From an uncultured Gemmatimonadaceae bacterium (lineage in GTDB: Bacteria; Gemmatimonadota; Gemmatimonadetes; Gemmatimonadales; Gemmatimonadaceae): a stretch of 64,000 nt of DNA. Positions 57,487-64,000 of the stretch are shown here, one piece after another. The stretch spans positions 1-64,000 of the forward strand of contig CAWAGQ010000014.1 of the NCBI GenBank assembly GCA_963781585.1, written 5' to 3'. Numbering within the stretch: position 1 is the first letter of the stretch; every line of letters begins with the position of its first letter. The notes beneath the pieces were generated by a model. It saw only the letters and a list, made by a program, of their open reading frames with translations. It did no database searches and was not told the DNA's origin. The position numbers were made by a program, and so were the translations under genes.

Positions 57487-58460
57487 TGGCATTTGCCGCC
57501 GCCGACGTCCCACGGCCGCCCCGTCACGTCGATGAAGGCGCGCTGGTATTCGCCGCCGCCCAGCGTGAGCTTCAGCACACCGAAGTGCCCCTGAATGCGA
57601 GCCACCGAATGCGCCGCCAGCGACCGACGAAAACCTCGGAGCTCGCCGCCGCCCGTTCCGACCACGATCTCGGCAATGCCGCGCAGCGTGTCGAGCGCCC
57701 CGGCCGGAGTCATCGGAAGGAAACGCTCGTAGTCGTGGTCGTGCCCGTTCAGCACGAGGTCGACGTTGGCGTCGTAGAGAACCTGCCAGAGGCTCCGCAG
57801 TCGCGTGTCGCTGCCGTGATACCCCGAGGTGAACCGCGGATGGTGCCAGTAGGCCAGCGTGCAGGCCTTGCGGTGCGCCGCCAAGTCGGCGCGCAGCCAG
57901 TCCTCCTGCGCCTTGCGCTCTTCGGGCAGGAACGCCGGGTCGACGATGATCTCGCTGTTCAGCGAGACGACGTGCCACTCGCCGATGTCGTAGCTGTAGT
58001 AACCCTCCTCAACCTTCCCGGCGCGGGTGCCGAAATAGAGGTAGTAGGGAGCTGCCTCCTCCGTCTCGTGCTCGTGATTCCCCGGCGCGGGATGGATCTC
58101 CTTCATGATGCGCTTCTGGGGATCGCCCCATGACGGCGTGAAGCACTGGTTGAAGTTCTGGATCGAACCTGCCGGGTAGGCGTTGTCCCCCAGCGTGAAG
58201 ACGCCGTCCTTCACATGCGCGGCGCTGTCGGCCCGGATGATGCTGTCCACGATCGCCGCGGTCCCCTCGTCACCGTGCGAGGCGCAGTCGGCGATGTCAC
58301 CAGCGCCGATCAGGACCGACGCGCCCGCCAGCGCCACCAGCTTTGGCGGTGCGTCGGCAGGAGGTGGCGTGGTCTGTACCGGTTGCGCGCAGAGCACCGG
58401 AATGGCCGGCAGCGTCACGATCAGCAGAGCATGGATGGGAGAGCGCATCCGCAGGGCCAC
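57483..58460 (-). CDS. Secreted calcineurin-like metallophosphoesterase
   Basis: Signal peptide; GAGDIA, LGDNAY, PGNHE, YWHHPRF, NGHDHDYERF. Confidence 0.92.
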   Translation of the reverse strand: MALRMRSPIHALLIVTLPAIPVLCAQPVQTTPPPADAPPKLVALAGASVLIGAGDIADCASHGDEGTAAIVDSIIRADSAAHVKDGVFTLGDNAYPAGSIQNFNQCFTPSWGDPQKRIMKEIHPAPGNHEHETEEAAPYYLYFGTRAGKVEEGYYSYDIGEWHVVSLNSEIIVDPAFLPEERKAQEDWLRADLAAHRKACTLAYWHHPRFTSGYHGSDTRLRSLWQVLYDANVDLVLNGHDHDYERFLPMTPAGALDTLRGIAEIVVGTGGGELRGFRRSLAAHSVARIQGHFGVLKLTLGGGEYQRAFIDVTGRPWDVGGGKCH

Positions 58461-58500
58461 GAGAGGTCGGTGAAAACAGAGCGGGGCGACCGCGCCTCAC

Positions 58501-61128
58501 TCAATAGGAGACGCCGAAGCCGAACAGCACTCTTCGGTCGCGGCGATTAGTCAGGGACATGGTGATGCCGGTGGCCGGGCCAAGCACGCCGAGCCAGAAT
58601 CCGGCGCCCGCCGCGCTGTGCCAGCCGCCCGGCGACGCGCCCTGGACGTAGACCCGCCCTGCGTCGAACCAGCCGATCGCGCCAACGTCGAGGGGCAGGA
58701 CGAACGCGAACCGCGCCAGCGGCACCCGCAGTTCCGCACCTCCGAAGACCGATGCATCGCCCAGAACCTGGTGATGGGGAATCGTCCGGACCGTTTCCGA
58801 GCCTCCAATGTAAGCCGCCTCGTAGAACGGATACGCGCCGAACAGCTTCTCCCCGCCGCCGCGCAGGGCGAGTACGGCGTGCGGCGGCAATGACAACGGG
58901 AAGTAGGTCGCCGCCGAGGCCGTGACCTGCTGGAATCCCGTCTTCAGGTTCCAGATGCCCGGATAGGCGGCACCCGATGCATCCACCACCAGCCCGCGAT
59001 GGGGATTCTGCGGGTCGTCTCGCGTGTCATGGTGCACCGCCAGCTCGAGCCCCGCCTGGCCCACGTGTCCCGCACCATACAACTCCTGCTTCGACAGAAA
59101 CCCCTCGGCCGGACCGGAGGTCGATACGTATTTCGCAATTGGTCCGACCGACACGTCGCTGTGCGGGCCGACCGAGACCCCCACCGCGGGATGGAGCACC
59201 CACTGTTGCTGCCTGACCTCGTAGAATGACCCCCGGAGGTCCGGCACGTCGTTGCCCAGCCCATGGAACTCCACCATCTCCAGTTGCGACATGCGCGCTT
59301 CCCCCAGGAGGTGGAGGCGTGACGCTTCGAATCGCCGGTCCCCCTCAACGCCGACATCCCACCCGTTCAAGCCGCTGGAATACGAGGCCTCGGCGCCCAT
59401 CATTGCTGCGTACGGGACTTCACGGAAGCCGTAGACGTACCGGGTGACGGCGATCTTCGGGACGAGGCCAAGACCGCGTCCGGTCCGGATGCCCACAACT
59501 GCCCGGAGCTGCGCGCCGCGGTCCCGGTACGGCGGAACCGCACTGCCGAACGCGAATTGCCACGGACGCCGGTTCCAGGCGGTATCGGGGTCGTAGCTCA
59601 CGCCGTGCACCGTGTCGCCCCGATAGCTCCAGCGCGTCACCGTCCCGGTGTCGTACAGGTGCGTTGGATGGGGACGCCCTGCCACGGTGGAAGAGTCAAC
59701 CAGTGTGTTCGTGCCATTGCCGCCGATGATGCGCACGGTGATGCTCCGGTCCGCGTGCCCCACCACCACCGCGCTGTCGTCACCGTTGTGCAGGTAGAGC
59801 CGGATTTCGCGGGTTGTTCCGGAGTCGAAGTGTCGCGTGAAGTACGGCGCACCGCGGCCGGAGCGGAGCCGCACTTCCACCACTCCGCCATTGCGGCGGA
59901 CCACCGTCGCCTGATCGTCGGCATCGGTGCCGTGGATGTCGGCAACCGCATTGACGACCTGGAAATAATGGAGGGCGGCGACGAGCAGGTGGTCGCGTCG
60001 TGCCCGAAGCGCCCCGCGCAGGGGGGGCGTCGCTGCCCGCTCACCAGGCGGCATGGCTGCGAGGGCGGCGTCGATGACCGAATCCGTGATGACGCGCGTG
60101 AGATGCCTGCCCACCGAATCCCACACGGCCTGGTCGAGGCCGACGAGGAGGCGACGGTCGAAGTCGATCGCGTTGTACGATAGCGCGGCGAGGTTCGGAT
60201 ACGTGCTGGTGAACGCCACCAGTTTCGGAGCCGCGACCCGCACCAGTCGGAGGAGCAGCCCGTCGTACGATTCGAACGCCTTGTCCCGATCCCGCGCGAT
60301 GGGCTCCCAGAGCGCGTCGGGCCCGGGACGCAGCTTGGCCCACTTCCATTGGCCGGGGTGGCGATCGTTGTCATTGATCATCATGTCGACTAGCCGGGCA
60401 GCGAGGAGCGCCCGACGGTCGACACGCGTGCGCGGATCGTGGTTGAGATCCTTGAGCAGGTCATCGCTGCCTATGACCGCCACGGCACCCGCGAACCCCG
60501 GCGCGTCCTCCGGCATGATCGGGTCCTCTTCGATCGTCCCTACCTTGCCCGCGAATTCGTCGCAGAACTTTCCGAGCAGCGAGTCGTCGGGCATCACGAC
60601 CAGTTGAGGAGTGGGATGAAGGACTCCGGCCGCCGCCACGACCGGCGGCGCCATGACCGTCGCGGCCGGGTGCGAGGCGCCCAGCTGGTCGCGGAATACC
60701 GTCTCGAAGACCGTTCCCCTGAATTCCCGATGGATTCCGAGACGCTCCTTGCGCACCGGCCGGAACACGTACTCGACGCCGTTGCGCGCGGCCAAGTGCA
60801 GATTCTTCGTCTGTGCCCCGCCGCCAGTCTTCCGTGGACGAAGCCCACCGGCGAAATGCGACAGATCCAGCAGCGGCACCCGGATCGAAGCCGCCCACGC
60901 GTCGCGATAGTCGTTGCCCAGCAGCAGGCGCCGCAGTCCGCCGGCCTCGAATTCCGGATCCGTTCGAACTACCGTATCGCGCGCGGTCGTGGGGTGCGAG
61001 ACCGGCCGCGCGGTAGCGCACGGCGCCGCCACCGGCGACGGCGGACGCTGGGCGCTCGCCGCGACCGGCCAGATGGCCGTCACAAGCGCGATCGCCCACG
61101 GGCGGACCGGCACGCATCGAGGGCTCAT
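58501..61128 (-). CDS. Omp85/BamA-TamA family outer membrane protein with N-terminal kinase-like domain
   Basis: Signal peptide ASA-Q. N-terminal GGGAQT / YVFR / DMMINDNDRHPGQW / ARDRDKAF. C-terminal barrel with HHDTRDDPQNPHRG, IGGSETVR, AELR, FDAGRVY and terminal FGVSY. Confidence 0.8.
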   Translation of the reverse strand: MSPRCVPVRPWAIALVTAIWPVAASAQRPPSPVAAPCATARPVSHPTTARDTVVRTDPEFEAGGLRRLLLGNDYRDAWAASIRVPLLDLSHFAGGLRPRKTGGGAQTKNLHLAARNGVEYVFRPVRKERLGIHREFRGTVFETVFRDQLGASHPAATVMAPPVVAAAGVLHPTPQLVVMPDDSLLGKFCDEFAGKVGTIEEDPIMPEDAPGFAGAVAVIGSDDLLKDLNHDPRTRVDRRALLAARLVDMMINDNDRHPGQWKWAKLRPGPDALWEPIARDRDKAFESYDGLLLRLVRVAAPKLVAFTSTYPNLAALSYNAIDFDRRLLVGLDQAVWDSVGRHLTRVITDSVIDAALAAMPPGERAATPPLRGALRARRDHLLVAALHYFQVVNAVADIHGTDADDQATVVRRNGGVVEVRLRSGRGAPYFTRHFDSGTTREIRLYLHNGDDSAVVVGHADRSITVRIIGGNGTNTLVDSSTVAGRPHPTHLYDTGTVTRWSYRGDTVHGVSYDPDTAWNRRPWQFAFGSAVPPYRDRGAQLRAVVGIRTGRGLGLVPKIAVTRYVYGFREVPYAAMMGAEASYSSGLNGWDVGVEGDRRFEASRLHLLGEARMSQLEMVEFHGLGNDVPDLRGSFYEVRQQQWVLHPAVGVSVGPHSDVSVGPIAKYVSTSGPAEGFLSKQELYGAGHVGQAGLELAVHHDTRDDPQNPHRGLVVDASGAAYPGIWNLKTGFQQVTASAATYFPLSLPPHAVLALRGGGEKLFGAYPFYEAAYIGGSETVRTIPHHQVLGDASVFGGAELRVPLARFAFVLPLDVGAIGWFDAGRVYVQGASPGGWHSAAGAGFWLGVLGPATGITMSLTNRRDRRVLFGFGVSY

Positions 61129-62063
61129 GAGCGTCGCTCCGGCAGCGGCGGAGGCGGCCAATGGTACAGAGTGATCATCGCCTCGCCGCCGGCTGCCTCG
61201 TCGCTCACGATCAGCACGCGGTCGCGCGTGACCGCGACGCCCTCGGCCTGCGGATGCGAGCCCGGAAGGGCGGTGACCCGCACCACGCCACCGGTCGGGG
61301 TGATTTCGACCAACGCGTGCTCGATCGACGCCACCATGACGTAGTCACCGGTGGCCGGGTCGATGGCAATGTCGGATGGGTGCAGACTGCTCCATCGAGT
61401 GGAGCCGATCAGGCGGCCGAGCGGCACTGTCATCATCGAAATGCGCGGTGACTCGGCCCCTTGCAAATTCCAGCGATAGATCACGAGCTGATCGCGCAAT
61501 GCCTTCTTCCTCACTTTCTTGCACGGAAGCAGCAGCGACTCGGAGCGGGGCTCGAACGCCACGCCCTCGAATTCGCATTCGTGCCCGAGCCGGGTGTCAT
61601 GGATCGCGAACGGCACGTGCGCTCCATCGGCGCCCTCGCGGAACTCGTACAGGGTGCCGTTGCTCTCGATCATGTAGATCGTGCCGTTGGCGATCGTCAG
61701 GCCTTCGAAGTCGCCGTGGATCGCGGTTGCGCCGACCGCGAAGCGCTTGAGAATGGTGCCGCCGCGCGGGTCGATCACGGTGATCAGGCCGCGTTCATCG
61801 CCGTTCGTCAGGAGACGCCCGTCGGCCGTGAGCGCGATGCCGGAGATCTCGCGCAGCGCCTTCGGCAACCACCAGCGCGCCAGCGGGACGGTGTCGTCGG
61901 CGAGCCGGGCGGGAGGCGACATGAGCCGGGTCGCGAACCGCACCCGGCGGGCCGCGCTTTCCGCCATCTGCGCGCGCGCGCTCATGCCGTCGCCCGCTGG
62001 ACGGCATCCCATCCACGCCATCAGCGCACACACCGATCCGATGAGCAGCCGATGGCGCGTCAC
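61125..62063 (-). CDS. SdiA-regulated (YjiK-like) beta-propeller protein, probably a lipoprotein
   Basis: LREISGIA, NGDE, GDFEGLT, EFEGVAF, LHPSDIAI, QAEGVAV, IVSDE; N-terminal ALMAWMG-C; AGGAG RBS before GTG 62063. Confidence 0.8.
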   Translation of the reverse strand: MTRHRLLIGSVCALMAWMGCRPAGDGMSARAQMAESAARRVRFATRLMSPPARLADDTVPLARWWLPKALREISGIALTADGRLLTNGDERGLITVIDPRGGTILKRFAVGATAIHGDFEGLTIANGTIYMIESNGTLYEFREGADGAHVPFAIHDTRLGHECEFEGVAFEPRSESLLLPCKKVRKKALRDQLVIYRWNLQGAESPRISMMTVPLGRLIGSTRWSSLHPSDIAIDPATGDYVMVASIEHALVEITPTGGVVRVTALPGSHPQAEGVAVTRDRVLIVSDEAAGGEAMITLYHWPPPPLPERRS

Positions 62064-63148
62064 GATGTCTCCTGGTGCTTGCGCTGTATCGCCTCCCCCA
62101 GCTCGAGCTCGGCGTTCCCGATGCAATCGACTCCACGCGCCCGGACCGCCGTGATGAGTTCTTCGCGCGACAGCGACTTGCCGATCCGGACCAGGTAATG
62201 GAGCTGCGACGGCTTGCCGACATGCGACACGACTTCATCGAGCAGCCAGCGCTTGGTCATCTTGTCGAGCACTTTCTGAACGGCGACCTGCGCCTCGCCG
62301 ACCTGGTCGGTGGTGACTGTCAGCACGGCGTTGAATCGCGGCTTTTTCGTCCTGGGACCCAGCACCTGGCGCATACGATCGAAGCGTTCGGCGAGCACCT
62401 CGACCTTCTTGGGAGTCAGCGCGAGCATCAGATCGCGATCAGGGACGTGACCGTTCCCGTTGGACCGGGCCAGGCTGTCGAGCGGCTGACTCCACTGGGC
62501 GACCGGCGTCGGCACGAGCACGTTTCGCCCGAAGTCGTAGCGCCAGGTGAGGAGGAGGACGAAGTTGAAGATCATCGATACGAAGGCGCCCAGGGCCAGC
62601 GTCTGCACGCCCGCGGCGAAGCCCACTGCGATCGCGAGGAAGATGAAGACGCTGTCGCGCGCGTCGCGCAGGGTGGTGCGGAATCGCACCGCCGCGACCA
62701 CGCCCGCCAGACTCAGGGCGAGGGCCAGACTGTCCCGCACCACGAAGACCACGCCCGCGATCACCAGCGGGAGGATGATGAGGGCCTGAGCGACCGACTG
62801 GTTATGGCCCGGCGTTTCCCGCGCCGACATGTACACCCAGGACACGGGGAGCATGAGCGCCAGTGTCCCCAGCAGCGACACGAAGGTGGTGATCCCGATT
62901 CCCGGCAGCGAGTCGGACGTGAAGACGGGCAGCTGGGCGCTCGCCGGACTCAGTCCGTCCTGGAGCAGCCGGGTGGGCCCGGCTCCCGCGCCGAGCGTAT
63001 CGCCGAGGAGCAGGTGATTCAGAGGAGGAAACAGCCACAGCAGCAGGGTGGTCACCCCGGCGAGCACCGCGTAGTACGCGAGCAGGCACCGCAGGGGACG
63101 ATCCGAGCCGCGAGTGATGAAACCGATGGTGCGTGAGACGATGGACAT
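62060..63148 (-). CDS. DUF4956 domain (MgtC/SapB-like) membrane protein
   Basis: ALSLAGVVAAVRFRTTLRDARDSVFIFLAIAVGFAAG plus a C-terminal soluble alpha/beta domain; start ATG 63148. Confidence 0.8.
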   Translation of the reverse strand: MSIVSRTIGFITRGSDRPLRCLLAYYAVLAGVTTLLLWLFPPLNHLLLGDTLGAGAGPTRLLQDGLSPASAQLPVFTSDSLPGIGITTFVSLLGTLALMLPVSWVYMSARETPGHNQSVAQALIILPLVIAGVVFVVRDSLALALSLAGVVAAVRFRTTLRDARDSVFIFLAIAVGFAAGVQTLALGAFVSMIFNFVLLLTWRYDFGRNVLVPTPVAQWSQPLDSLARSNGNGHVPDRDLMLALTPKKVEVLAERFDRMRQVLGPRTKKPRFNAVLTVTTDQVGEAQVAVQKVLDKMTKRWLLDEVVSHVGKPSQLHYLVRIGKSLSREELITAVRARGVDCIGNAELELGEAIQRKHQETS

Positions 63149-63450
63149 GCCTGGTTCCGTTGAGAGGGCCGATGAAGGCGCGGACAGGGATCCCATCATA
63201 CCCGTCGTTTCGTCGGGTGAGTTCCGCGGAGGCGCCCTGCTCAGCCATACCGCGTCCGGATGAGCGCGTCGTGTGCCGCGATCGGAGAAGGCCGGTCTGA
63301 TGCCAGCGGGGGATACGGCGGCCTGATCGGGGTTTCGGCGTGCCGCGTCGCGGCCGATCGGCGTGGCCGCCGGAGCGCGCCGTGCGGCCTGTTGGAAAGG
63401 AAGGCGCGCCCGGTCAGCCGGTCGCCGGTGCGCCTAACGAGTGACCGGCG

Positions 63451-63999
63451 TCAGGCGGGGGATGTGGAGGCGCACGGGTCGCTGTTGTGGGCCAGGCAGA
63501 ATTCCGCGGCTGCTTCGATCGAGAGCTGAAACGTGAACGTCGCCGGATTGCCGGTCGGGTAGTAGAGCGAGCCCTGATGCTGCACCAGCGTACAGACGAT
63601 CGCGGCGAACGACGGATCGGTCCACAGCGACGTGTACGTCTTCAGGACCGACGCCGGGTCCTGGGTGGGATCGAACGCCATCGAGAGCTGCCACCCGGCG
63701 GCGATCAGATCCTGCACCATGATCTTCTGGGCGCCCGCGCAGTTGGCAGGCAGCAGCTTCCCCGAGCCTACGGTCTTGAAGCCCTGCGCCCGGGCATAGA
63801 AATAGTAGGGATGATTGGCGGCCAGCACCGGCGTCGTCAGGCCGGACACGATTTCGACCGTGGCCGCCTGGTTGACGCCAAGCGAGACCCCGAACAACTC
63901 GCTGAACACGGTGCGGGCCGGCGCGCCGTAGACCATCAGCGGAATGGAGTAGGCCGGGCTCAACGCGCTCGGGGTCAGCAGCGTCGTGAGCTGCGCCAG
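63451..63999 (-). CDS. Hypothetical protein; 5' part lies beyond the window
   Basis: Frame open to the window edge (LAQLTTLLTPSALSPAYSIP...); GC3-rich codons; no family recognised. Confidence 0.6.
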   Translation of the reverse strand: MAQLTTLLTPSALSPAYSIPLMVYGAPARTVFSELFGVSLGVNQAATVEIVSGLTTPVLAANHPYYFYARAQGFKTVGSGKLLPANCAGAQKIMVQDLIAAGWQLSMAFDPTQDPASVLKTYTSLWTDPSFAAIVCTLVQHQGSLYYPTGNPATFTFQLSIEAAAEFCLAHNSDPCASTSPA

Positions 64000-64000
64000 T

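Overview
High-GC bacterial chromosomal window. The gene repertoire (ADOP-type ABC permeases with PadR, VPS10/BNR hydrolase, beta-propellers, exosortase/EpsI, several TonB-dependent receptors) suggests Gemmatimonadota, but this is an inference. In order it holds: an amidohydrolase/DUF3311/sodium:solute symporter operon; a penicillin/AHL-acylase family gene; a ~3.7 kb lower-GC IS nest (intact ISAzo13, intact IS3/IS407-group element with a CGA-AAG -1 frameshift, two IS3 remnants, a lipoprotein gene with a stop at codon 2); an oxlT-panE-like-acyl-CoA ligase oxalate module; a GMC dehydrogenase pair; exosortase-epsI; TBDR-glycerophosphodiesterase; an MFS transporter; an HlyD-ATPase-ADOP-ATPase-sigma54 two-component locus with a nearby padR-ADOP pair; two c-di-GMP signalling operons that each include an outer-membrane barrel and share an upstream bipartite motif; glycosyltransferases; and a DUF4956/SdiA-regulated propeller/kinase-like-domain Omp85/metallophosphoesterase operon. 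The two strongest candidate novelties are (1) a non-palindromic, strand-unbiased octamer GCCTAACG/CGTTAGGC whose core occurs 20 times, mostly inside genes through otherwise rare codons, and (2) the envelope kinase-barrel/phosphatase operon at 57.5-63.1 kb. I recognised no rRNA, tRNA or CRISPR array. All calls are by eye from sequence motifs; no database searches were run.
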